This document shows, one piece after another, positions 1 to 10,243 of a stretch of 37,145 nucleotides of DNA. The stretch is from Octopus bimaculoides (Eukaryota), in the NCBI RefSeq assembly GCF_001194135.2, contig NC_068982.1, positions 90,825,051 to 90,862,195 on the forward strand, given 5' to 3'. The first letter of the stretch is position 1; each line of letters starts with the position of its first letter. Made by a program: the position numbers and the translations under genes. The notes beneath the pieces are model-generated. The model saw only the letters and a list, made by a program, of their open reading frames with translations, had not been told where the DNA came from and searched no databases.

Positions 1-286
1 TATATATATATATATATATTTATATGAGCAACACACACATACACACACGCACGTATGTACACCAATTGCATACATATTTTTGTACGCATACATGTTCGTA
101 TGTGTGTGTGTTGCCCGTATATCAACAAAACACACACACCTTGCCTTACATATATATACGGATAAATGATTTGAAATAAATATATTTTGGAAATGACGAT
201 TTACAGTACAATACCTAGAAACGTGAAAATCAGACCACATGGGTTTGTTTACATCAATTCGGCTGAGATAGAGAGAGCGCGCTCTC

Positions 287-325
287 CCTCTCTATCTCTC
301 TCCCTCCATTACACACATTTATCTC

Positions 326-364
<39 letters not shown>

Positions 365-612
365 CTCTCTCCCTGTCTCACACACACACACATGCTGCTC
401 TCTCACACTAACAAAAGAACTTCACATACACACCACACTTTCTGTCTGGCATACTCACTATAAAAAGATAGCGTCTATTTCTTTTTGGCAACATGTGTTT
501 TGTGTGCAATGTTGCTGTGCGTGTGTGTGTGAGAAAGAAAGAAAGAAAGAAAGGAAGAAAGAAAGAAAGAAAGAGAGAAAGAGAGATAACTGGCATGTGT
601 ATGTAAGGGAGG

Positions 613-630
<18 letters not shown>
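287..630. repeat. Inverted pair of compound microsatellite blocks, (CT)/(CTTT)n/(CA)n at ~287-393 versus (TG)/(GAAA)n/(GA)n at ~516-630
   Basis: The reverse complement of 516-630 reproduces the order and the short unique linkers of 287-393 (ctctatctctc, cctcc-ttaca, cacat, ttatctctctttct). Confidence 0.65.
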
Positions 631-645
<15 letters not shown>

Positions 646-1038
646 GGGGTATTTTTTTTCTGTTTGATTACTGCTTACCACACAGACGCTGGCAAAGAAA
701 AAATGTGTCTCTCCTTCACCCTCCCTCTCACAAACATACAATTTCTCTGTCTCTCTCTCTCTCTACTTCATGCGCGTACGCACAGATTTGACTCCGCCAT
801 GTCAACAAACTTCAAAATTTGTAAAAGTTTATCGATTTTTACAGGTATACGCGGGTACCTCTGAGAGAGAAAGTTCACTAAAATGCACATAGGGTCATTC
901 CGAATCTTCTCCTAAAATTGGAGCGACATGCGTGCTAATTTGTGGACGTGCATAACCCACATTCACGTACACACACACACACACACACACAAACATCGTC
1001 TGTTTTATAGATATAGATATATACTACATACTATATAT

Positions 1039-1700
1039 GGAGTCCAGATAAAACCCACCTAGGACAAAACACCCTAAGTTTAAGTTACAAATAGGACAAA
1101 ACGCTTCTCAGTTATATTTTTTTCTAATTTTGAACTTTAATATCATATAAAACCATTAAAATTTTTAAAAAATATATAATGTAATTTATTACCGAAGTAA
1201 TAAGGAAAAATATAATCTTTCTTTTTGTTGGTTCAATCCTCATGATCATTGATTTGTCTACTGGCGTATCGTAATTTACATAGCGGATTGTACAGGGAAA
1301 TTGGTCAATGTTTTTCTTTAACCTTACCCGTCTGCATGCTTTCCTTAGCAGTTGGTTGCATTATTGGCCTGCCGTTGCACTGTTATTCTGTTTAGGAAGA
1401 TATGCTTTTATATACACAAGAAGAATTACGGCACTTATGTGGACAAAACAATGATGATGTGTAGTGAACCAATGTATGAATAATGTCAGACAATGGGCTG
1501 ACTCAGAAAATGAAGAGGCACGCTGTAGTTGTTGCCTTAAATAGTTCGTTTCCCGAAAGTCGCTCAATCCTTCGTTATCTATGTTCGAAAAGAACTTGAA
1601 GCTGCTGACAGAGATCCAAGACCAGCAGTTAGACGCAAAATGCATGCACAGAGTCGTGATACCATCACAACACATAACTTTGATGAAAAATTTCAAAAAT
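1039..1700 (-). mobile_element. Degenerate MULE/Mutator-like transposase C-terminal remnant with a probable terminal repeat at ~1039-1110
   Basis: The minus-strand peptides DFRETNYL...RASSF...HWF...AGQ and RKACRRVRLKKNIDQF follow the order of the MULE C-terminal motifs DYFExxYI, RxPLFP, GWH, AGQ, RKKYxxxxxRL. GGACAAAAC-type subrepeats lie at the left end. Confidence 0.45.
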
Positions 1701-1717
1701 TATCAGTAACACCCCAG

Positions 1718-2130
1718 AAAATCAGCCAGTTCCATTGCAAAGGACCTCATTGTGACTGTTATGCATTAGGACATGCGGTACAAGTTGTATGAGTTGCGAA
1801 AGAGTCACTTTATGTCGGATGTGACAAGAGGGAATCGTTAGATCCATGCAACGTGATTACGAAACGAGTTAAACATCAAGAAGCTGGAATGCTTTGGTTT
1901 CTCACCGATGTGAAAAATTTCAATCGGAACCGAAAGGTAAACCGAACGAAGGACGGATGGTTATGCTGTGACCTGAATAACGTTCCAATACTAAGTTCAC
2001 AGCAACTGTGATGGTTATGGAAGTTATCAGCAAGAAGGGAGATGTCACACCTCCTGTTTTTTTTTTTCACAAGGCCTAAGAGTCAATACCGCTGTCTACA
2101 CATCAGCCACACCTGGACATACCTTATATA
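1718..2130 (+). mobile_element. IS630-Tc1-mariner transposase fragment of maT (DD37D) type, frameshifted
   Basis: Translates across frames as KSASSIAKDL / KHQEAGMLWFLTDVKNFNRNRKVNRTKDGWLC / TKFTATVMVMEVISKKGDVTPPVFF / QGLRVNTAVY, matching the maT pattern WFFSDEKNF...NDRW...KFPATVMV...GxVMPPxFF..GLRVN. Confidence 0.85.
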
Positions 2131-2257
2131 CAGGTTGTTAATCCGGAGTGTATCAAGTACACAAACACACGTACACACACACACATACACTCAGAGAAAC
2201 ACACATACACAACATAGAAACACAGCTACAAACAAATGAATGTATACATATAAATAC

Positions 2258-2560
2258 ACATATTCAATCCAAACATGAACAAGCAAGAAAAAACAACGCG
2301 AGGATGTGGAATAAGTACAGTGTTATTGGACGCTCAGGAAAGGAAAGAAAAGAAAGAGGATTTTCACGTTTCGAGCTGAGCTCTTCATCAGAAATATAGA
2401 AAAAGTCCAAAGAAGGGAAGAAGGAGAAAGAAAATCGCTAACGATACACACACGGTCACATATTGAAGTGACTGGAAGGGAAAGGGTGAAGAAAGAGTTC
2501 TTTTCAAAGACAGGAGGGTACAAGAGAAGGAGGTATGTGCGGGTGCACAGGTATGTGTGT
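2258..2560 (-). mobile_element. Penelope-like element terminal (pLTR-type) repeat carrying a hammerhead motif
   Basis: Pyrimidine-rich segment on the minus strand containing the hammerhead core. It has the same orientation as the PLE ORF at 4412-5505 and lies downstream of it. Confidence 0.55.
2360..2397 (-). ncRNA. Minimal type I hammerhead ribozyme motif (PLE-type)
   Basis: The minus strand reads ttt-CTGATGA-A-GAGC-tca-GCTC-GAAA-CGT-G-aaa: intact CUGANGA and GAAA cores, a 4-bp stem II and a palindromic ACGU stem III. The cleavage triplet is GUG, which is non-canonical. Confidence 0.7.
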
Positions 2561-2569
2561 GTAATGATA

Positions 2570-2573
<4 letters not shown>

Positions 2574-2647
<74 letters not shown>

Positions 2648-4276
2648 TTGTGACTGTTTATGTATGCGTATGGTTGGACTTAGCATGGTTTAAAGTCACA
2701 GGAAGAATTTATAGTAAGAATTTTGGTAGGAATGGCTGCCTCCTCTCTGTCTACCTACACATGTGCGTAGGAGAATGGTCAGTAGAAAGGTACTGTTAGT
2801 TTGAAGTATGTGTGTGTGTGTATTTTGTTTCCAGTGTGCGTGTGTGTGTGTATGTATATGTGTACGCGTGAGGTTGTGTCTGTGGAGTAACTTTACTTTA
2901 CCCTGTGTTTGTGAGTGTGTGTGCTTGTATGTGCGTGTGTGTGCTTGTATGTGCACGTGTGTGTGTACATGTATGTATAATCGAGTACGTGTATGTATGT
3001 GTGCTGTGTGTGTATGGGAGATATGTGTAAATTCATCTGCGTGTGCGTGTATGTATGTGCGTGGGTATATATGTATGTATGTGCGTGTGTATGTGTGTTT
3101 GTGCATGTGTATGTGAACGAGGGATTGCGTAGGGGGGTATAGGTGCATTTTTTTCGCGTGTATGCATGTGCGTGTGCGTGTATGTGTGTATGTTTATTTG
3201 TGTAGTTGCGTGTGCGTGTATGTGTGCGTGTGTATGTGTGTGCGTTGGCGGGTGTGTATATGTGTATGCGTGGGGTTGTGAGTGTTAGGTATGTGTTCAT
3301 TCGTGTGCGTGTGTGTGCGCATGTGTGTGTCTATATGTGTATATGCGTCTATATGTGTATATGTGTCTATATGCGCATGTATGTGTCTATATGTGTATGC
3401 GTATGTGTATGTGTGTGCGTGCGTGGATGTATATATTCTGTGTATGTATATGTGAGTATGTGAATTTGTGTGTCGGGTAGGGGGTTGTGTAGGAGTATAT
3501 GTGCATACTTGTGAGTATGGGCGTGCGTGCGTTTACGCGCGTGTGTGCGTGTATGTGCGTGTGTATTTTTGCTCATGTGTGTGTAATTGTGTGCGTGTCT
3601 GTCTGTATTGTGTGTTTTGAAGGTATATGTGCATATATGTGCTAGTGTGTGTATGTATGTGTATGTACGTGTGTATATACGTGTGTGCGCGTGTGTATGT
3701 GCGTGTGTATATGTGCGTGTGTGTGTATGTGCGTGTGTATATGTGCGTGTGTGTGTATGTGCGTGTGTGCATGTGTGTATGTGCGTAAGTGTATATATGT
3801 TTGTGTGAAAGCGATGTGTGTCGAGTATGTGTGCATTTTGTTGTGTGCATGAACGTGTGCTTGTGTATGTATGTGTCTGTGGTTGTCTGTACGTGTGTAT
3901 GTTTATGTGTGTGTGTATATAGGTATGTGTGTCTGTGTGTGCGTGGGGTTGTGTGGGTTAGGTATATGTGCATCCCTGTGCGTGTATATGTGTGTGTGTG
4001 TGCGTTTCTGCACGTGTGTGTATGCGCATGTGTGTGCGCGTGAGTGCATGTGCATCTGTATGCGTGCGTGTGTGTGCATGTGCATGTGTGTGTACATGTT
4101 TGTGTGCGTGTGTGTACGTGTGTGGAAGTATGTGTGTGTGTGTATATGTGCATGTATGTGTGTTGTATGTGTATGTGGTATGTGGGAGGTATATGTGCGT
4201 TGATGTGTGCACACGGTGCGTGTGTTTTTTCGTGTGTGTGAATATGTACGTATGTGTATGTGTGTGTGTGTGTGTA
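2574..4276. repeat. ~1.7-kb TG-rich low-complexity tract: pure (TG)n at 2574-2646, then degenerate TG/TATG/TGCG
   Basis: Directly visible. It is the source of the many HT- and VC-repeat ORFs in the track. Confidence 0.95.
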
Positions 4277-4411
4277 TAAAATAAAAACAATAAAATATAA
4301 AAATAAGGTTGAAAGGAGATAAAGAAGTTAATGCAATATAAAATGGTGCAATTACAAGCAAAAAATGAAAAATGAAATAAAGTTGCTTAGTTGCAGGAGG
4401 TGTAGAGTCAG

Positions 4412-5505
4412 TCAATAGGAGGAGGGGGTTGTGTTTAGTCCGAAGGGGATAGGTGTTCGTAGATTAAAGATATACCGCTGTTCCAGGCGGAGTCGTGAGT
4501 GTGTGGGACCGCGGTGTAGAGCGAGTTCAAAGATGGAGATGTTAGGGGGGAGTGGTTGGCCTAGCGGAAGTAACGGGCGACGGGAGTGTTCGAACGTAAC
4601 CGAACATCCCTTAGATGTTCGGTGAACCGGTCGGCCAGTCGGCAGCCCGTCTGACCTACATATAGTTTACCGCAGAGGTTGCATCTAATACAGTATATGA
4701 GACTAGAAGAGGTGCAAGAGAAGGAATGTGTTATGCGAAGAGTTTACTGATTAGAACCATTGAGAGAAGTAATGTTGGTGATGAAGGGGCAGGTGTTGCA
4801 GCGGGATCTGGAGCACAGGAAGGATCCGGGTGGGGGTAGGAGGAAGAGGTGAAGGTGCTACAGACCAGAAGATCACGTAGGTTCTGNNNNNNNNNNNNNN
4901 NNNNNNNNNNNNNNNNNNNNNNNNNNNNNNNNNNNNNNNNNNNNNNNNNNNNNNNNNNNNNNNNNNNNNNNNNNNNNNNNNNNNNNNNNNNNNNNNNNNN
5001 NNNNNNNNNNNNNNNNNNNNNNNNNNNNNNNNNNNNNNNNNNNNNNNNNNNNNNNNNNNNNNNNNNNNNNNNNNNNNNNNNNNNNNNNNNNNNNNNNNNN
5101 NNNNNNNNNNNNNNNNNNNNNNNNNNNNNNNNNNNNNNNNNNNNNNNNNNNNNNNNNNNNNNNNNNNNNNNNNNNNNNNNNNNNNNNNNNNNNNNNNNNN
5201 NNNNNNNNNNNNNNNNNNNNNNNNNNNNNNNNNNNNNNNNNNNNNNNNNNNNNNNNNNNNNNNNNNNNNNNNNNNNNNNNNNNNNNNNNNNNNNNNNNNN
5301 NNNNNNNNNNNNNNNNNNNNNNNNNNNNNNNNNNNNNNNNNNNNNNNNNNNNNNNNNNNNNNNNNNNNNNNNNNNNNNNNNNNNNNNNNNNNNNNNNNNN
5401 NGCCTCAATGTGGCTAACATAGAGGTTGGCGAAATTGGAGCCCATTCTCGTTCCCATCGCGACCCCAGACATTGTTGGTAGGTTTCCCCGGCGAGCGTGC
5501 ATATA
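4412..5505 (-). mobile_element. Penelope-like retroelement (RT + Cys linker + GIY-YIG endonuclease), 5'-truncated and pseudogenised, spanning an assembly gap
   Basis: RT motif GETYQQ/SGVAMGTRMGSNFANLYVSHIE (5402-5500). After the gap come NLRDLLV, CSRSRCNTC, FSCTSSSLIYCIRCNLCGKLYVGQTGCRLADRFTEH (LIY 4693-4701, YVG 4654-4662) and LEQRYIFNL...PFGLN, with TGA at 4412-4414. Internal stops and frameshifts are present. The Cys-rich linker suggests the Neptune group. Confidence 0.92.
4887..5401. other. Assembly gap (N run)
   Basis: Run of N. Other gaps lie at 18546-18741, 23601-23610 and 33429-33613. Confidence 1.
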
Positions 5506-5537
5506 AAGAAGTCTATGCGTGAATATAACTATCTCTG

Positions 5538-5755
5538 TTTATCCTTTCTACTGTAAGCACAAGGCCTGAAATTTGGGGGGAGGGGCTACACAGTGTGATC
5601 AACCCCAGTGCACAACTGGTACTTAATTTACCGACACCGAAAGGATGAAAGGCAAAATCGACTTCGGCGGAATTTGAACTCAGAACGGAGCGACGGGCGA
5701 AATACTCCTAAACATTTCGTCCAGCGTGCTAACGATTCTGCCAACTCGCCACCTT
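5538..5755 (-). mobile_element. tRNA-derived SINE, family 1
   Basis: Minus-strand A-box-like TGGCGAGTTGG (5741-5751) and B-box GAGTTCAAATTCC (5669-5681). A homologous copy lies at 28272-28476. Confidence 0.85.
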
Positions 5756-5765
5756 AACTATCTCT

Positions 5766-5914
5766 ATACATACATACATACATACATACATACATACACA
5801 CATACATACATACACACACACACACATACATACATACATACATACATACATACATACATGCAAACATACACACACGCATACATACATACATATATACATA
5901 CATACATACATATA

Positions 5915-5945
<31 letters not shown>

Positions 5946-5956
5946 CATACATACAT
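5766..5956. repeat. (TACA)n microsatellite
   Basis: Directly visible tetranucleotide array at the SINE head. Confidence 0.95.
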
Positions 5957-6680
5957 AGTCACTACGGAAGAAGATTAATACGTCTTCTGCCAAAACTAAA
6001 CTTTCAAATAACTCATACATGATAAATGATATCTAAGATCAAACCAATCAAGATTGAAAGCATGAATGTTCAGAGCTATAGAATGACAGAACCAAGGCGG
6101 TTATTAAAGATTAACGACTGAATTCTTACTTATGTTCAATAGTTTAGGGCGTAAAAGTGTATTGGGATGATAGACTGGTATACGAAATATCTATTAGTCA
6201 TTATGTAGTTTTATTTAATATGGAAATATCAGAATATTGTCAAATATGCTATATATTACGAAAAGAAACTATTGCTTAGGTGAATTAAATAACATTGAAA
6301 TTTAATGTTTGCATTATTTATAAATTACACAATAGTCAGCAACCATACTGTATTACAATTGAATTTCTTGAGTTTGGCTAATGTATTTTGTAGGAGTGAA
6401 AAGAAACTGATATTTAGAGAGTGACCTTTCCTTTGGGAGGAAGACCGATTTGGAAGAAGATTAATTCATTTGAAATATTTTCACAGCATGATTCGCCGAC
6501 GAAGTCAGCACCAAGTTTCTTCAGATTTTACGTCTTTCATAAAAGTCGATTGTTACTTTTCCTTCAAAAATCTATTTTCAATTGAGGAGTAAAAGCGCTT
6601 CTGTATTATTTTTTCTCTCTCAAACACATTAAAAACTGATACTATTGCAGATTTCGCAAATTTTGAAGATATTATACATT

Positions 6681-6688
6681 TGACGTCA
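6681..6688. promoter_or_regulatory. Palindromic CRE-like site TGACGTCA upstream of the 514-aa ORF
   Basis: Exact 8-mer about 180 nt upstream of the ATG. Another copy occurs at 16353-16360 in repeat-derived DNA, so it may be chance. Confidence 0.2.
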
Positions 6689-6724
6689 TAATCAGTTCAT
6701 TATGTTATAACATCATTTAAAAAT

Positions 6725-6852
6725 GTAAGTGGCATCAACTTGTTTCGAATCAGGGGTTTTAGCATTAACATCATTGCCGTATAAATCACATGCAAATGGT
6801 GGTCTCAAAGTGTAATTATCCTGACACTCTTGGCCAAATGGAATCAATTTAG
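6725..6852 (+). other. Candidate 128-nt 5'UTR intron of the 514-aa ORF
   Basis: Donor GTAAGT (6725-6730), branch-like CTGAC (6821-6825) and acceptor TTTAG ending at 6852, 17 nt before the ATG. The pyrimidine tract is weak. Confidence 0.4.
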
Positions 6853-6869
6853 ATAGTTCAAATCCTATA

Positions 6870-8414
6870 ATGGGAGATAAGAATTTATGTGATTCGGATT
6901 CGGATTCGGACAACATTCTCAAAACCAAAAATGCAGATGGATCCAACAGTCAAGAAACATTTAAAACTTCTGTTTCCGTTCAATCCATTGGTTCTAATGC
7001 AAGTTCCGGGATTCACATAAATAAAACATCAATCTTAAAAAAATCTCCGGAAATACATCGCAGTTTATTTCTAAAGCCAGATCTAGGTTTGGAGTCATTT
7101 AAAAATAATGATGCATTTTGTAGTTCGTTTGACAGTTGGGATATGTTGGACAAACCAGAGGGAAATTGTGAAATAAGCTCCTTTCATTCATATTCCAAAG
7201 AATATTCTCCAAAAGGAAAACAGAAATTTGCTGGAAATAATATTGACCAAATAGAACCTTCAAGGAAATTTTCAGATTATAAGAGAGATAAACAACTGAA
7301 ATCCAATCTAAGTGTCAGCAGTCTCTTTGATAATGATATCTGTGGTGTGGGGAGCAAAAGCACGCCTTATCATGAACAGCAGTTACTGGGAGTCATATGT
7401 AGAATGAAAGCTGAAAAACATCAACTTGATAAAAAGCTAATGGGCATGAAAATGCTGCAAACAAACCTACAAGAAGAGAAACATGCACTTAGACAACGAT
7501 GTAAAAAACTTCAGATGGATGTAATTAATCATGATGCAATGACTTTAAACAAAAACATGTTTGATGATCTCTCTAAAAAAGCTAACTCTTCTAAAGAAGA
7601 GATAAAAATGTTGCGAAATCAAATTAGCAAATACCGTCAGACTATGTGCGAGCAACAAGATTTCATATGTGAAATGGTAGCCGAAAAAGACAAAATTGTA
7701 GGAAAAGTCAACAATTTAAAAGTGTGCCTGAGTACACTTAATGAGTGGAAAAATAGAACATTTGAAGACATGAAGAAAATCAAGGAAAACATAGATAAAA
7801 TGTCAGAAATGTATACTGATTTCATTTCACAGTTGAATATTCAGAAATCGGAGAAATTAGCATTAGACACAAAACTTAAAAAGAAAGAAAAATGTATTAA
7901 AAAATTAAAAGAAGAAAAAGAATCTATGTTAAATGCACAAACAGAACTGAATAATTCTTTACAACAGAAAAGCAACGAAAACAACATGAAGGATGAAATT
8001 ATTAAAGAAAATAATGATGTTATTTCGCAACTGAAAACAATAAAATATGAACTGGAACAAACGATCTATGCTGAAGCATGTAGCAAAAGTGAATTCGTAA
8101 ACGAAACTAAAGGAATAATTTCCTCATTAAAGAATCAAATTAAATTAGATGAAGATCGATTCGAATCAGAAATAAAACAGCTACGACAAGAAAGTGAAGA
8201 TCTTAATGAAGAGGTGAGTAAAGAAAGGGAATTTAAAAACATAATGCTCGATGCATATCAGTGGGTTGAGAATGACTATAAAACACTTTTAAATTGTATC
8301 ACCGAAATGCAACAGCTCATTAGGACATTGTGGACGAATACTAGTCAACCGCTACCGGCACACCAATCATCTACTATAGCTGAATGTTTCGGATCAGAAA
8401 GTATTCCGAAATGA
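6870..8414 (+). CDS. Intronless 514-aa protein with a Ser/Asp-rich low-complexity N-terminus and a long predicted coiled coil; family not recognised
   Basis: 1545-nt uninterrupted ORF in AT-rich DNA and not repeat-derived. Start context ataATGG (A at -3, G at +4); in-frame TGA upstream at 6822-6824. K/E/Q/L-rich helical pattern over about aa 170-485; (GATTCG)3 encodes DSDSDSD. Confidence 0.88.
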   Translation: MGDKNLCDSDSDSDNILKTKNADGSNSQETFKTSVSVQSIGSNASSGIHINKTSILKKSPEIHRSLFLKPDLGLESFKNNDAFCSSFDSWDMLDKPEGNCEISSFHSYSKEYSPKGKQKFAGNNIDQIEPSRKFSDYKRDKQLKSNLSVSSLFDNDICGVGSKSTPYHEQQLLGVICRMKAEKHQLDKKLMGMKMLQTNLQEEKHALRQRCKKLQMDVINHDAMTLNKNMFDDLSKKANSSKEEIKMLRNQISKYRQTMCEQQDFICEMVAEKDKIVGKVNNLKVCLSTLNEWKNRTFEDMKKIKENIDKMSEMYTDFISQLNIQKSEKLALDTKLKKKEKCIKKLKEEKESMLNAQTELNNSLQQKSNENNMKDEIIKENNDVISQLKTIKYELEQTIYAEACSKSEFVNETKGIISSLKNQIKLDEDRFESEIKQLRQESEDLNEEVSKEREFKNIMLDAYQWVENDYKTLLNCITEMQQLIRTLWTNTSQPLPAHQSSTIAECFGSESIPK

Positions 8415-8592
8415 AAGAAAAATATAAATCATTTCATCTTTCATCAAGGCTAAATCTCTTGAACTATGTTTTGTTTTCATAAACAAATGAAAACAAAGAG
8501 TAAAATTTCAATTTTTCATGAAATTTTTCTCCGTAGTAATTTTACACTATGGACTGTGTTCAGTTCCGAGACAGATACCATTGGACAATCAA

Positions 8593-8598
8593 AATAAA
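8593..8598 (+). promoter_or_regulatory. Candidate polyadenylation signal AATAAA
   Basis: About 180 nt after the stop codon and followed by a GT-rich stretch. AATAAA is common by chance in AT-rich DNA. Confidence 0.3.
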
Positions 8599-9149
8599 GT
8601 GTGTTGAAAGTACTTGAAACATATATTGACGCCTCAAATTAAATTAATTGCATAATAGAGAAACTAGTATTACAGAGATTGATGACCGAATTAAATTCAA
8701 CCATAAGAGAACATAGAATTGGGTAAATTGAATAATTATTTATTTATTGAAGTGATGGGGAGCTAAGAAACTATCGTAAAATCTGTGTGGAGTTGACGTA
8801 TTAAGGATACACGCTCATATTTGACAATTAAGTTTCGAAGAAATATTTCCAAGCATATACACGTGTACACAAAATACCTGTACGCGTATTCTCTCCAACA
8901 CTCTTTCTTGTATCCCTATTTCACTCTTTCATTATATATTAATGCAGGTATGTGTATCTATGTACGTTTTTCCTTGAGATTTAAATTCTTCCTAAAATTC
9001 AAACTGATCACTAAGAAATTGAAAGACATTTCTTTCTATCTCTGAATATGTGAGTGTTTGAATATATGGATGTACCTGTGTGGGTATACTAGTACATATA
9101 GAAGGGATGCGTGGTTTTTCAATACACAAGTGCGTGTTTCACTACTCTT

Positions 9150-9221
<72 letters not shown>

Positions 9222-9250
9222 CCATGTGCATATGCGATGGTTTGTGTATA

Positions 9251-10053
9251 CGAGGTGGTATCAAAACGTTCCCAGACTAGTTATGTTTAACAAAAATAAC
9301 TTATTTACCTAAGTTTTAATATCATATCCTTCCAAAGAGTCATCTTGCGCAGCAATGACCGGTCCCAAGGTTTCTGCCATTTTTGAAATTCGGTCTGGAA
9401 GTCGTTTCCCGTAAGCGAGTCGAGGACCTTCTGCAATTCGCTCTGGATCTCGACAACGGTGATACAATGATTAGCGTTGGGCTGCATTTTCATCTTGACA
9501 AAGAGATGGAAGTCTGCAGGTGCTAAATGTGGCAAATAAAGCGGCGGTTTGCAGAAGCGATACTATGTTCTTGGCGAGAAACTCATGAGTGAGAAGAGCT
9601 CTCTGACAGGATGCATTGTCGTCGAGAAGAATCCAATTCTTCGCGCTCCACAGATCCGGTCGCTTTCGCCGAATGTCCTCCCTCAAACGCCTCAAAAAGC
9701 TGATGATTATACGCATTTCCGGGTTGACACTTGTGGCAGGTCTTTCAGATCGCTCATCGTCTTTCAGGGATGTTCTTCCCCTTTTGAAGCTCTCGTGCTG
9801 CTCGAAACATTGCGTACAGCTCATTGCCTCGTCATTGTAAGCTTGCCGAAGCATGCTCAATGTCTCCGTAGCAGACTTCCCAAATTTAACGCCTAAAAAC
9901 ACAAATTTCACAACTTGCAAAGTAAACAAGGCGATGTCACTCTGCACACTGCCTCATCAAGGTAACTGCTAGTTCTTGTTGCACACGCAGCCGTATGCTG
10001 CAATCTACTGGAGCGCTACCAAACTAGTCCAGGAACTTTTTCATACTACTTCG
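9251..10053 (-). mobile_element. Mariner element (irritans/Hsmar2-like TIRs), internally deleted, non-autonomous
   Basis: 32-bp TIRs at 9251-9282 and 10022-10053 (26/32 identical), TA at 9249-9250 and TG at 10054-10055. The N-terminal VKFGKSATETLSMLRQAY...GRTSLKDDERSERP joins directly to FLRRLREDIRRKRPDLW...WILLDDNA, then HLAPADFHLF...FQKWQKPWDR. Confidence 0.93.
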
Positions 10054-10243
10054 TGTATGCATAAAAAGGACATGAGGAGTTTCCGCTAGGATAACTCAAA
10101 TTAATAGGTATATATTCTGAGTGCTCAAAGAGGCGCGCCACAAAAATTCCAGTTTGGACAGTAGTTGAAATTGTGGTCATGTGAATGCGTTGTTCAAAAC
10201 GGTTCAAGGTCGCTTCCTTTGAGTGAGTACGTGTAAGTTAAAT

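Noticed and set aside
187-4415. Dozens of ORFs rich in HT, VC, SL and ER dipeptides (also at 5726-6022, 9058-9312, 12036-12356, 18345-18967, 25351-25570, 33283-33735, 35624-36010)
   Set aside because: These are translations of CA/TG, CT/GA, TACA and GACA microsatellites, which lack stop codons by construction.
4731-5502. 200-aa ORFs running through X residues (also at 18.4-18.9 kb and 33.3-33.7 kb)
   Set aside because: Their length is an artefact of N gaps; only the PLE peptides at the edges are meaningful.
6713-6946. 77-aa antisense ORF overlapping the start of the 514-aa gene
   Set aside because: It is short, partly the mirror of the DSDSD repeat, and has no independent support.
6870-8414. 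Idea that the 514-aa ORF is a LINE ORF1 or another TE protein
   Set aside because: There is no RRM, zinc knuckle or esterase motif, no downstream ORF2, and no TIR, LTR or tail.
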